DNA from: Alkalispirochaeta sp.
Lineage (GTDB): Bacteria > Spirochaetota > Spirochaetia > DSM-27196 > Alkalispirochaetaceae
DNA: 64,000 nucleotides
Assembly: GCA_965601925.1 (NCBI GenBank)
Contig: OZ271854.1
Location: forward strand, 4,416,001-4,480,000
Direction: 5' to 3'
Below, one piece after another: positions 1 through 9,322 of the stretch. Position numbers and translations under genes: made by a program. A model generated the notes under the pieces. The model was not told the origin of the DNA. It was given only the letters and a program-made list of their open reading frames with translations, and did not search any database. Position 1 is the stretch's first letter. Every line of letters starts with the position of its first letter.

Positions 1-1
1 G

Positions 2-1549
2 GACGCGGGCGACGGGACCAACCAAGACCGCTACGGTCGCTTTATGCAGGTCGCTGCAAAGATCGGGGCAACGATGAGTTTTTTCGCGCCGGAGCTCCAA
101 CAGATACCCGCCGAGCGAATGGGTGAGCTACTCGACGACCCGTCGCTTTCGGACTATCGTATATCGCTTGAGAAGGTGCTTCGATACCGCCCGCATACGC
201 TCTCTCCGTCCGAAGAGCGACTGTTGGCACTCCAGGAGGAGTCCAACCAAACGGCTTCGAACAGTTTTCGTGCGCTCGTAGACGTCGACTTGGACTTCGG
301 AATCGTGGAGACTCCCGAAGGACCGCGCCCTCTCAGCCAGTCGAGCTTCGGCAGTCTCCAGGAACACCGCGACCGAGCCGTACGCGAGCGCTCCTTTACT
401 CAGTTTTACGGCTACTTCGACGCCCATAAAAACACCCTCGCCGCCCTCCTCGCCGGGAGCGTGCAACTCGACGTGTACCGCGCACGGGTGCGCAAGTTTC
501 CCTCTGCGCTCGAGGCGCGGCTCTTTCCCGATCGCGTTCCCGTGACGGTGTATGAGAGCCTTGTCGACACCGTGCGCGAGCATCTACCGCATCTCCATCG
601 GTACTACGAGATACGCCGCCGCGCCCTCGGACTCGAAGCGTTGGCGGCGTGGGACACCAAACCGGCCCTCGTCCCGGACATCACGATAGACACCCCTTAC
701 GAAGGCGCGGTAGAGACCGTTGCCGAGGCCCTCACTCCATTGGGGGACGAGTACGTCGAGACGCTTCGTTCCGGGTTGTTGGGAGGTTGGGTCGACCGGT
801 ACGAAAACAAGGGCAAACGCTCAGGCGCGTTCTCTGCGGGGAGCTACGTCGGTGATCCGTACATCCTCCTCAACTACAAAGCAGATACGCTTCGTGACGT
901 ATTTACCCTCGCCCACGAAGCGGGACACAGCATGCACTCCTGGTATTCGGTACGCAACAATCCGTTCCAACACTACGACTACACGATCTTCGAGGCCGAG
1001 GTTGCCAGCACCTTTAACGAGCAACTGTTGATGGAGCACATGCTCGCGTCGACCGCCGACCCGGCGATGCGCGCCTACCTCATTACGAAGCACATTGACG
1101 ATATTCTGGCGACGCTCTTTCGCCAGACGATGTTTGCGGAGTACGAACGAGCGATTCACGCCATGGTGGAGAGCGGGCAAGCGTTGACCGTCGACTCTCT
1201 GCGCCTGCGCTATCGCGAACTGCTGCAAGCGTACTTCGGACCCGACGTGCATCTACCGGAAACGCTCGACCTCGAGGGGATGCGTATCCCCCACTTCTAC
1301 CGCGCCTTCTACGTATACAAGTACGCCACGGGAATTTCGGCCGCGATCACCTTGGCCCGACAAGTGCTCCGGGGCGGCATGAAGGAGCGAGAAGACTACT
1401 TCGCTTTTCTGAAGTCCGGCGGCTCGCGCTATCCGATCGATGCACTGCGCGTTGCCGGCGTCGATACCGAGACGGCGGCTCCCGTCCGTGTGGCCATGGA
1501 CGTGTTTCGCAACCGTCTGGACCAACTCGAGGAGGCTCTCGGCGTGTAG
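2..1549 (+). CDS. pepF: Oligoendopeptidase F (M3B peptidase), 5'-truncated by the window edge
   Basis: Frame open from base 2; GKRSGAFSAG, HEAGHSMH zinc motif, EVAST, HFYRAFYVYKYATG. Confidence 0.95.
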   Translation, partial: DAGDGTNQDRYGRFMQVAAKIGATMSFFAPELQQIPAERMGELLDDPSLSDYRISLEKVLRYRPHTLSPSEERLLALQEESNQTASNSFRALVDVDLDFGIVETPEGPRPLSQSSFGSLQEHRDRAVRERSFTQFYGYFDAHKNTLAALLAGSVQLDVYRARVRKFPSALEARLFPDRVPVTVYESLVDTVREHLPHLHRYYEIRRRALGLEALAAWDTKPALVPDITIDTPYEGAVETVAEALTPLGDEYVETLRSGLLGGWVDRYENKGKRSGAFSAGSYVGDPYILLNYKADTLRDVFTLAHEAGHSMHSWYSVRNNPFQHYDYTIFEAEVASTFNEQLLMEHMLASTADPAMRAYLITKHIDDILATLFRQTMFAEYERAIHAMVESGQALTVDSLRLRYRELLQAYFGPDVHLPETLDLEGMRIPHFYRAFYVYKYATGISAAITLARQVLRGGMKEREDYFAFLKSGGSRYPIDALRVAGVDTETAAPVRVAMDVFRNRLDQLEEALGV

Positions 1550-1580
1550 CGAACGAGAAGCTTCGAACACGTGTCGTATA

Positions 1581-1609
1581 TTGACACGAGTATAGGCCCG
1601 TGATATAGT
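1581..1609 (+). promoter_or_regulatory. sigma70 promoter of tRNA-Leu
   Basis: TTGACA(1581-86)-N17-TATAGT(1604-09), 14 nt before the tRNA. Confidence 0.85.
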
Positions 1610-1623
1610 CCGGCTCTGTCAAC

Positions 1624-1707
1624 GCGGCAGTGGCGGAACTGGTAGACGCGCTAGCTTGAGGGGCTAGTGGCCGCAAGGTCGTGGAGGTTCAAGTCCTCTC
1701 TGCCGCA
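1624..1707 (+). tRNA. tRNA-Leu(GAG)
   Basis: Acceptor GCGGCAG/CTGCCGC, anticodon stem CTAGC/GCTAG with loop TTGAGGG, long variable arm, GGTTCAAGTCC T-arm; CCA not encoded. Confidence 0.96.
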
Positions 1708-1710
1708 TGA

Positions 1711-1758
1711 ATAAACCCCGGTGAGGTAACATATTATCCCGCCGGGGTTTGTTTTTAT
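1711..1758 (+). terminator. Intrinsic terminator after tRNA-Leu
   Basis: AAACCCCGG...CCGGGGTTT stem followed by a T-rich tail. Confidence 0.75.
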
Positions 1759-1899
1759 TCTTCCTTCTTCGAGTCTTGAAACGTGCATGTGCGATAAGAT
1801 CGGAGCGCACCGGTAGCCCGAGGGGCGTTACGCCGAAGCCTGATCGATCGCCGTGGCGAACGGGTCCCAAGGGATCATGAGCTGCGGAGCGCCGGTCGC

Positions 1900-2109
1900 T
1901 CAATCCGCTGCGTGCCGATCCTCAACGAGTGACTCTTCGGCGTTCGACTCGCAGCTCGTGCCGGTCCGAATCAACACCACCGTCGGCGACTTTCTACGAC
2001 GTATACGGCGATCGGTTCGCGGGCGACCGTCGATGCGCAATGCCTGCAACGTTCGCTCGTGCTCTATTTGGCGATAGATCGTGAGAAATTCGTAATCGTG
2101 ATTGAACAT
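1900..2109 (-). CDS. Small hypothetical protein (69 aa) divergent from the WYL regulator
   Basis: ATG preceded by GGGGGA SD-like sequence; lies in otherwise empty space; no family recognised. Confidence 0.5.
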   Translation of the reverse strand: MFNHDYEFLTIYRQIEHERTLQALRIDGRPRTDRRIRRRKSPTVVLIRTGTSCESNAEESLVEDRHAAD

Positions 2110-2230
2110 GGCATCCCCCGATTGACTCGACGATGCCTCAACGATACCATCAAAGGCGGGCGTTTTCGGTCCGCTTTTTATAATGTCACCGTTTTAACGG
2201 ACAAAATAGCGGGCCTTGGGAGACCGCGCT

Positions 2231-3211
2231 ATGTACCATCCTACGAGCCGGGTACTGACCGTACTGGAACTCCTCCAATACAGACCGGGTATAACCGGTC
2301 CGGAACTCTCCGAGCGGCTGGAAGTTGATACACGAACGGTTCGGAGATACATAGAGAAGCTCAAAGACGTCGGTATACCGATCGAGTCGCTGACCGGTCG
2401 ATACGGCGGATACCGATTGCGTGCGGGTTACAAGGTACCGCCGCTGATATTCACCGAAGAGGAGGCAACGGCGCTCGTACTGGGGCTTATCGGAAGTCCC
2501 CGGTTGGGAATAGAGCAGCCTCCCGCTGCGATTGCCGCAGCCATCTCCAAGATTACGAGGGTTCTCTCTCACGACGCGCGAGAGCGGTTACACGCCCTCT
2601 CGTCCCTTCTGGTGCTTTCGGAAGCTCGCTCAGCCTCGAGGCCGAAGGCGGCTCTCCTCATCGATCTCAGCCAAGCGGTCCAATCCGGCCGCACGATCCG
2701 ACTAACCTACACCTCGGCGAAAGGGACGACGACGGTGCGGGTCGTGGAGCCCTACGGACTCGTGGGGCTGAAATCACGGTGGTATGTGGTCGGGTTCTGT
2801 CGTCTGCGCGACGACTTCAGGACATTTCGGCTCGACCGCATAGTCGAAGTCGACGTTCAAAAGTCCACTTTTACGCGCAACAACGCGTTCGACTATCGCG
2901 CTTACGTCGAAGAGCATTTGGAGACGTACCCCGGCCCGATTGCGTACACGGTAATCTTCGACAGCGATATGGAAACGGCGCGTAGGCGTCTTGCGGGCGC
3001 TGCGGGACGACTGGCCGAAGGACCGTCAGGGGTAATCTTCACGGGGCGCACCGACGACTACGAGTACGAGGCGGCGTATCTTGCGAGTCTGAGGCTCCCC
3101 TTTACGGTCGTTGAGCCGCCGGACTTGCGGCACGCGGTTGCGACGCTCGGCCGACGACTTCAAGTGAGTGCCGCCGATCCGGCCGATGATAGGCCATGCG
3201 ACAACGGGTAG
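2231..3211 (+). CDS. HTH_11 + WYL domain transcriptional regulator (YafY family)
   Basis: N-terminal ELSERLEVDTRTVRRYI...GRYGGYRL; WYL core VEPYGLV...WYVVGFCRLRDDFRTFRLDRI. Start moved to ATG 2231. Confidence 0.93.
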   Translation: MYHPTSRVLTVLELLQYRPGITGPELSERLEVDTRTVRRYIEKLKDVGIPIESLTGRYGGYRLRAGYKVPPLIFTEEEATALVLGLIGSPRLGIEQPPAAIAAAISKITRVLSHDARERLHALSSLLVLSEARSASRPKAALLIDLSQAVQSGRTIRLTYTSAKGTTTVRVVEPYGLVGLKSRWYVVGFCRLRDDFRTFRLDRIVEVDVQKSTFTRNNAFDYRAYVEEHLETYPGPIAYTVIFDSDMETARRRLAGAAGRLAEGPSGVIFTGRTDDYEYEAAYLASLRLPFTVVEPPDLRHAVATLGRRLQVSAADPADDRPCDNG

Positions 3212-3232
3212 CGAACACGATCCTGCGCCGCG

Positions 3233-6200
3233 CTACTCCAGAGCCCAATCGGTGGAGAAGATCGTCTCGCTCCGATCCGTGGCGCGTCGCGGCGAGGAGC
3301 CGTCATCATCAAACAGGGCGAACCGGCGGGCAAGGTTAGGACTCCGATCCGACACGACTTCGTAAATGTCCCGCGCCTCCTCTCGGTCGCCCGTCTCCCA
3401 GTAGGAAACTGCAAGGCCCAAGAGGACGCGAAGATTCTCCGGCTCGACGGAGCGGGCGCGCTCCAGGTAGATCTGGGCTCTTTCGTGGTGGCCGTGGATC
3501 GCCAGTATGTTCGCCTGGTTAATGAGGGCCGGCACGTACTCCCGGTCTGCAAACGCGGCTTGGAAGTGTCCGGTTGCCTCGTCAAAGAGGCCGTACATCG
3601 CATAGAGAAGCCCGAGTCGGTTATTCGTCGCGGGGCCGCGATTCTCACCCGTCGCCGCACGTATCTGCGGATCGAGCTCGATCCCACGAAACGCGTCCAG
3701 TTCGTCGTTCACCGCCTCGGCGATGCGAACATCCTCAGGCGCCGCGGCCGAGTCCCGGTTCGCCGGGTACGCGGCGATGGCGACCGGTGCATACTCGGAC
3801 CACGCCTCGCGAGTGGTGAAGAATCCGACGTTTCCCGCATCCACCGCTCGCCGCCACTGCAGTGCTCCGACTCGCCACGCTCGGGTGAATCCCTCGTCCA
3901 ATATGGTCGTCTCGATCGGCATCCACACTCGTCCGTCGTGTATGATCATCGCCTCGGGCGAGGAAAAGAACTCTCCGACACGGCTATACTCGATACCGGT
4001 GTCGAAGGCGATAAAGATGTGCCCGGGTGTCGTAATGAATGCCGTTGCGACGCCGACCGACTCAAGAAGCGAGGCGTACAGCACCGACAGATCGTCGCAG
4101 TCACCGGCCCCGACGGCGAGCGTCTCGTGGGGAAACCGGACGAAATCGACGATGCGGCTCTCCTGCGACACGATCTCAAACGCCAGGTTGGGGTCAATGA
4201 GGTATTCGATACCGGCGAGCCGGAGCGACTCGTACAATCGCATCGCGTAGTGCAGGTTACGCGTGAGAACCGGGGTCGTGGTCGCCCGCCCCGCGGTCGC
4301 GATCTCTCCCGACCACGCGAGGACCGCAGGGTGCGCGATGGTCATAAAGGCTCCGATTTTACGATCGTCATCCCATTGAATGGCGTTGCGACCGAGGAGC
4401 CTCACGTGACGATCGATCGTCCGGCGGTGGGTACGGTTGCCCCGCCGGTACGAGATCTCGACCGAGAGCGCGGCGCCGCCACCCTCGGCGGACTCCAACA
4501 CGGCAGGCGAAATGGGGCCCAAGAGCTCTACCATGACGCCCTGCCCCGCGGCGAGGGAGGTCGGGACGTCGGGACGGACCGCCGGGAGGGTGAGTCCGTC
4601 GACGGCGTACCGTAGCGAAACGTCGCTGACGATGCCCGTACCGACATTCTCCAGGATGAAACGCCCAAAGGGTTCACGCTCGTACCGCCCGTGCAACGTC
4701 GGGAAGATGCCGTCAAGAGCGAACTCTCGAACCACGAGATCGGGGCCCACACGGATCGCCGGAACGAGATGGGCCGCTGTGTTGATGCGCTCACCGGTGA
4801 AGGGGTTCTGCTCCATGACGATCGGATACTCTCCCCCATCGGGATGAACGAGTCGAAAGTCGGCGTAATCGGCACCGGCATCACCGTCGTAGCGCGTCGC
4901 ACGAATCCGGGCGGCACGCCAGTCGCGATGGAGAGATCGCGCCGTGTTGCGATCGAGATGCAACCACGCATCGGTGTCGAGAACCGAGATCGAGTAGCGT
5001 TGTCGATCGATGTCGTAGGTCCCCTGCCCTTGGAGTACGGTCATAACGTCATAGAGCGCCACGGGATTGGAGACGCGCTCGACGCCGTACCGTCCTTCGA
5101 TCGCCTCCTGTATCCTCTCTCGGATACGAGTCCGGGCGAGTTCGACGCGATCGTTGTATTCGGCTGAGGTTTCGAACATATCGCGCGGCGCGAGGGCTGC
5201 GGTACCGACGCGCTCTATGATCTCCGACACGATCTCGGGTGTCAAAGCGCGACGTTGGGCGACGGAGAGATCGGCGACAAGGGCGCCGATTACAAGACCG
5301 AGGGGCGAGCCGACGAGGCCGCGCACGTCGAAAGTCGCTAAGGCGTTTTCGTCTGCGGTCGTGGCCACGAGAAGACGGCTACCGTCGCCGGAGATCTCGA
5401 CATCGTTCGCGACCGGTTGTTGTGTCGCCGTCGTTACGCTCTCTACCCACTCCGATCCGTCGGGCACCCACCACCGCAGGAATCTGAAATGACCGCTGAC
5501 GAGGGCGCCGCCGTCCGGTGAGAAGGCGAGACTATAGACGACGCCCAGGTCGATATCGCGAATCTCCTGGACGAGACTCAGTGCGTCGTCGCCGAGGCGA
5601 AAGAGGAGGATCGCATCGCGATAGCCCGCCGCCACCAGATCGCCGTTGGGGTTAACGGCGATCTGGTATATGTCGTTGCTGATGTTGCGGTCCTCAAACT
5701 CGTAGTGGAGAACGCGCTCGATATGCCCCTGCTCAACGGAGTAGACGGAGACGCTGCGCACCACGCTATCGGTCGTACTCGCGACGAAACGGTCGCCCCC
5801 GGGGAGAAACTCGATCGCCTTGACCGCCGGCGCAAACTCCGTGATGGTGTGACGTTCTACGAATCCTCTCTGGTCGCGCTCCTCCAAGCGACCTCCGTCG
5901 CGCTCCTCCAAGCGACTCTGGTCGCGCTCCCACAGGACGATTTCGTTGTACGACGCCGAGACGAGTCGCCGTCCGTCGGGACTGAGGGCGAGCGCCCCGG
6001 GAGTGTTCTCGTGGCCTCGTAAGACCTCGATCGGCTCGCCGGTTGCGAGGTCGCATATGCAGATATCATGATCGTTGCGAGCCGACGGAAAGATAACGTA
6101 CGACTCGTCCGGCGCAAACTGGATCACCGAACCGGCCTCTAGGCTACCGGCCCAATAGAAGCTCATACGGTGGCGCCACAACTCACGGAGGTCCGCGTCG

Positions 6201-6400
6201 AAGACCGTGACTGAGTTGCCCTCCGTCGTGTCGTACATTGCGACGTAGCTTCCGAATCGAGAGATCTCCACATCCCCTACTCGGGACGCGTCGGCAACCA
6301 GCGCGCCCGCGGAGACCTCGATACCCTGAGCAAGGGCCGAGGAGACCGTCGCCGCAACCAACAACACGATACCGGCACACATCGACTTTTCGTATAACAC
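3233..6400 (-). CDS. Exported WD40 beta-propeller + transglutaminase-like + TPR protein
   Basis: Signal peptide; WD repeats (LRGHENTPGALALSPDGRRLVSAS, SLAFSPDG); GDCDDLSVLYASLLESVG...PGHIF...WMPIETT; C-terminal TPR helices. Confidence 0.8.
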   Translation of the reverse strand: MLYEKSMCAGIVLLVAATVSSALAQGIEVSAGALVADASRVGDVEISRFGSYVAMYDTTEGNSVTVFDADLRELWRHRMSFYWAGSLEAGSVIQFAPDESYVIFPSARNDHDICICDLATGEPIEVLRGHENTPGALALSPDGRRLVSASYNEIVLWERDQSRLEERDGGRLEERDQRGFVERHTITEFAPAVKAIEFLPGGDRFVASTTDSVVRSVSVYSVEQGHIERVLHYEFEDRNISNDIYQIAVNPNGDLVAAGYRDAILLFRLGDDALSLVQEIRDIDLGVVYSLAFSPDGGALVSGHFRFLRWWVPDGSEWVESVTTATQQPVANDVEISGDGSRLLVATTADENALATFDVRGLVGSPLGLVIGALVADLSVAQRRALTPEIVSEIIERVGTAALAPRDMFETSAEYNDRVELARTRIRERIQEAIEGRYGVERVSNPVALYDVMTVLQGQGTYDIDRQRYSISVLDTDAWLHLDRNTARSLHRDWRAARIRATRYDGDAGADYADFRLVHPDGGEYPIVMEQNPFTGERINTAAHLVPAIRVGPDLVVREFALDGIFPTLHGRYEREPFGRFILENVGTGIVSDVSLRYAVDGLTLPAVRPDVPTSLAAGQGVMVELLGPISPAVLESAEGGGAALSVEISYRRGNRTHRRTIDRHVRLLGRNAIQWDDDRKIGAFMTIAHPAVLAWSGEIATAGRATTTPVLTRNLHYAMRLYESLRLAGIEYLIDPNLAFEIVSQESRIVDFVRFPHETLAVGAGDCDDLSVLYASLLESVGVATAFITTPGHIFIAFDTGIEYSRVGEFFSSPEAMIIHDGRVWMPIETTILDEGFTRAWRVGALQWRRAVDAGNVGFFTTREAWSEYAPVAIAAYPANRDSAAAPEDVRIAEAVNDELDAFRGIELDPQIRAATGENRGPATNNRLGLLYAMYGLFDEATGHFQAAFADREYVPALINQANILAIHGHHERAQIYLERARSVEPENLRVLLGLAVSYWETGDREEARDIYEVVSDRSPNLARRFALFDDDGSSPRRATDRSETIFSTDWALE
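5868..5930. repeat. 24-bp tandem repeat, about 2.6 copies, in frame inside the WD40 gene
   Basis: ctctggtcgcgctcctccaagcga / cctccgtcgcgctcctccaagcga / ctctggtcgcgctcc; encodes ERDQSRLEERDGGRLEERDQR. Confidence 0.85.
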
Positions 6401-6708
6401 TTCGTATCCCCCGACCCGTTCTACAATATAGCACGGAGAAAGAGGCGTATAGATTGAAACGCGGCAATCAAAGGCTTGTGAGTACGAAGAAACTCCGCGG
6501 CTACTTTTTTATCATCGGTCCGAGGCATCGTCTTTGATCGGTGTTCTCACGACGGCCGTTTACGAGGGCCGGGAGGAGGCGGCACGATATGTCTTCCGGT
6601 CGTAAGGACGGCTGTTGGAGAGGCGCCGTCGGGATAGGACGATAAGGCGAAACACGTCGCACCATCGACAAACAGCGCGCCGCACGTCCTGAAGCATCGT
6701 AACGCGAA

Positions 6709-7272
6709 TCAAAGGCCGTTCGCCGCCGCCAGAATCAGCACCTTCAACGTCGCCAACAGGTCAAGGAGATGATCCTTACTCTCGGCATCGCGCTTGAAGC
6801 CTGCGGCCGCATGACGAGCGCAGTCGGCGAGTTGCAGCGGGCTCAAACCGTTGTTTGCTATAGCGTGCCGATGGGGGGCAAAGGCCTCTTCATACAGTTT
6901 TCGGTACAGCTCGCCGGCCCGCGCGGCTTCTTGCTTCGTGGCGTCGTTGAAGCCGTCGATTACGTCTCCCGCCTCGGGCATCGCGCGGATCGTCTCGAAC
7001 GGCTTGACGACGGTGTGATCGAACACGACATCTAATCGCGGGCCTAGCGCCTCGACGTACTTCCACTCGCGGCGCACCGTTGCCGTAGCCTCCTCGACGT
7101 GGCGGCGAATCGTGCCGCGTAGCACCTCGTCCTTGTTCGCGAAGATGTTGTAGAGCGTTTGGCGGACGATTCCCGCCTCCGCCGCGATGTCGTTCATCGT
7201 CGTCCTTTTCACGCCGTAGCGCGAAAAGACGCGGATCGCCGCTTCTATAATCTGATTTTTCTTTTCATCCAC
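6709..7272 (-). CDS. TetR/AcrR family regulator
   Basis: IIEAAIRVFSRYGVKRTTMNDIAAEAGIVRQTLYNIFANKDEV HTH. Confidence 0.93.
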   Translation of the reverse strand: MDEKKNQIIEAAIRVFSRYGVKRTTMNDIAAEAGIVRQTLYNIFANKDEVLRGTIRRHVEEATATVRREWKYVEALGPRLDVVFDHTVVKPFETIRAMPEAGDVIDGFNDATKQEAARAGELYRKLYEEAFAPHRHAIANNGLSPLQLADCARHAAAGFKRDAESKDHLLDLLATLKVLILAAANGL

Positions 7273-7283
7273 AGAAATATATT

Positions 7284-7334
7284 GACATTATCTGTCTTGT
7301 TGTACAATATATAGACAAGAAGACATTGTTTGTC
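7284..7334. promoter_or_regulatory. Two GACA-N5-TGTC palindromes, probable TetR operators
   Basis: GACAttatcTGTC (7284-96, overlapping a TTGACA) and GACAttgttTGTC (7322-34), between the divergent tetR and SDR genes. Confidence 0.65.
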
Positions 7335-7381
7335 GTTTTGACGCCAAGCGAACGGCGATGCATTTGAATGGAGAAGCACAT

Positions 7382-8329
7382 ATGAATAATCGCAGCGGCT
7401 TCGGTCGCGACACGACTACCGAAGAAGTTCTGGACGGGATCGAACTGGCAGGCGTATTGGTGTTGATCACCGGCGGCTCGTCGGGCTTGGGTGCCGAAAG
7501 CGCGAGAGCCCTCGCAGCCAAGGGCGCCCGGGTAATCGTCACCGCCCGCAACACGGAGAAAGCACGGGGCGTGGCAGACGAGATCACGGTCCGCACCGGT
7601 GCGTCGATCGAGATCGAGGAGCTGGAGCTCGGATCGTTTACGTCGATACGCGCGTTTGCCGACCGAGTCAATCGGCGAGACGACAAGATCGATATCGTGA
7701 TTAATAACGCCGGCGTCATGGCGTGCCCTTGGGGCAGAACCGAGAACGGCTTTGAGTTGCAGTTCGGCACCAACCACCTGGGACATTTCCTTATGACCAA
7801 TCTGATAACCCCGTCCCTCGCCGACGGCGGACGCATCGTATCCCTTAGCTCGTCGGGCCACCGTTTCTCAGCTATAGTCTTCGAGGACATCAACTTCGAG
7901 AACCGCGATTACGACAAGTGGCTGTCATACGGTCAGGCAAAGACCGCCAATGCGCTATTCGCGGTGGGCCTCAATAAGCGTTTGGCGTCTCGCGATATCG
8001 AGGCGTTTTCGGTTCACCCCGGCGCAATTCTGACCGACTTGGCGCGTCACCTGACCGAGGAGGACTGGAAGATGTTCCGGGAGCAACAGGCTACGGGCAC
8101 ATTGGTCCCAAAGACCGTCGAGCAGGGCGCGGCCACGCAAGTCTACACCGCCACTGCGCCGGAGATCGCCGGCAACGGCGGAGCGTATCTGGCCGATTGC
8201 GCCGTATGCGAGGTGACCGGAGACGGCGATCCGTACACAACGGTTATGCCCTACGCGGTCGATCCGGAACTCGCCGACCGACTGTGGACCGTCTCGGAAG
8301 AGATGGTCGGACAAACGTTCTTCGACTGA
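7382..8329 (+). CDS. Short-chain dehydrogenase/reductase (retinol-DH/WWOX-like)
   Basis: TGGSSGLG, NNAGVM, FGTNHLGHF, YGQAK, VHPG motifs. Confidence 0.93.
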   Translation: MNNRSGFGRDTTTEEVLDGIELAGVLVLITGGSSGLGAESARALAAKGARVIVTARNTEKARGVADEITVRTGASIEIEELELGSFTSIRAFADRVNRRDDKIDIVINNAGVMACPWGRTENGFELQFGTNHLGHFLMTNLITPSLADGGRIVSLSSSGHRFSAIVFEDINFENRDYDKWLSYGQAKTANALFAVGLNKRLASRDIEAFSVHPGAILTDLARHLTEEDWKMFREQQATGTLVPKTVEQGAATQVYTATAPEIAGNGGAYLADCAVCEVTGDGDPYTTVMPYAVDPELADRLWTVSEEMVGQTFFD

Positions 8330-8393
8330 ATCGAGACGGTGGTTGTCGCACGTGGGCGTCGACCGCCGGACCTACTATCAAGGAGGCACGACG

Positions 8394-9284
8394 ATGATTG
8401 CCAGATCAATCGGCCGCTTTTTGGCCGCTACGATGCTCAAACCCCTTCCCCAACCGTTCCCTAAGACGCCGGCGGACTACGGGCTCGGCTATCGCGACGT
8501 GGATTTTCCGACGCGCGACGGACTGACGCTCCGCGGCTGGCTTCTCAACGAAAACGCGAGCAAGGTCATTATCATGACCCACTTCGGGTATCGCGCGAAC
8601 CGATTCGGCTATCAACTAAAATACCAACCGCGCTTGTCGAAACCTTACAACAAGGAGATCGAGTTCTGTCGGGTGGCGCAACGATTGGTAGAGGCGGGTT
8701 ACGGGGTGCTCATGTACGACCTACGAAACCACGGCGAAAGCGACAAGACGGAGCGGGGTGTCGGCACCGGCGGCCAAGGTGAACGCTTCGACGTATTGGG
8801 AGCCGTCGAGTTCATCGCGGCAAACAGTTCCACAGCCGACAAACCGATCGGCCTCTTGAGTTACTGCTACGGCGCCAACACCACCTTCTGCGCGATGCAG
8901 GAGGACGGCGGAGCATTTCTCCGGGCAGGGGTCAAGGCGATGGTGGCGCTCCAACCGCTGCGCAACGGGGACTTCCTCAAAGGGATGGGCGTGCCGGCCG
9001 TCATATACCGTCGGGCGGAGGAGTACTACCGGGAGCAGTCCGGAGGCTACTCGTTATTGCCGCCAATCGAGGAGGCGACAAAGTCGGTCTGCGTGCCGAC
9101 CCGTTTGGTACAGGCGCGAAAGGATCCCCACACCAATCTGGATTGGATCGCGGAAGTGTACGCCAACTTCCCGGTCGAGAAAGAGATGTTCTGGCTTGAA
9201 GAGCCTACACATCGATTCGACGGGTACAACTGGTTTGCCGACCATCCCCGCGACATGTTGGACTGGTTTGAACGCTACGTTTGA
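8394..9284 (+). CDS. Alpha/beta hydrolase-fold protein
   Basis: AGGAGG SD; FPTRDGLTLRGW, YDLRNHGES, nucleophile elbow SYCYG (Cys in place of the usual Ser), C-terminal D/H. Confidence 0.8.
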   Translation: MIARSIGRFLAATMLKPLPQPFPKTPADYGLGYRDVDFPTRDGLTLRGWLLNENASKVIIMTHFGYRANRFGYQLKYQPRLSKPYNKEIEFCRVAQRLVEAGYGVLMYDLRNHGESDKTERGVGTGGQGERFDVLGAVEFIAANSSTADKPIGLLSYCYGANTTFCAMQEDGGAFLRAGVKAMVALQPLRNGDFLKGMGVPAVIYRRAEEYYREQSGGYSLLPPIEEATKSVCVPTRLVQARKDPHTNLDWIAEVYANFPVEKEMFWLEEPTHRFDGYNWFADHPRDMLDWFERYV

Positions 9285-9322
9285 ACCGGTCCGACGAGAT
9301 CGGTCGACCGGCAACAACGAAC

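Noticed and set aside
1708..9300. Possible genomic island integrated at tRNA-Leu
   Set aside because: No integrase, no repeat of the tRNA 3' end seen by eye, and no obvious compositional shift.
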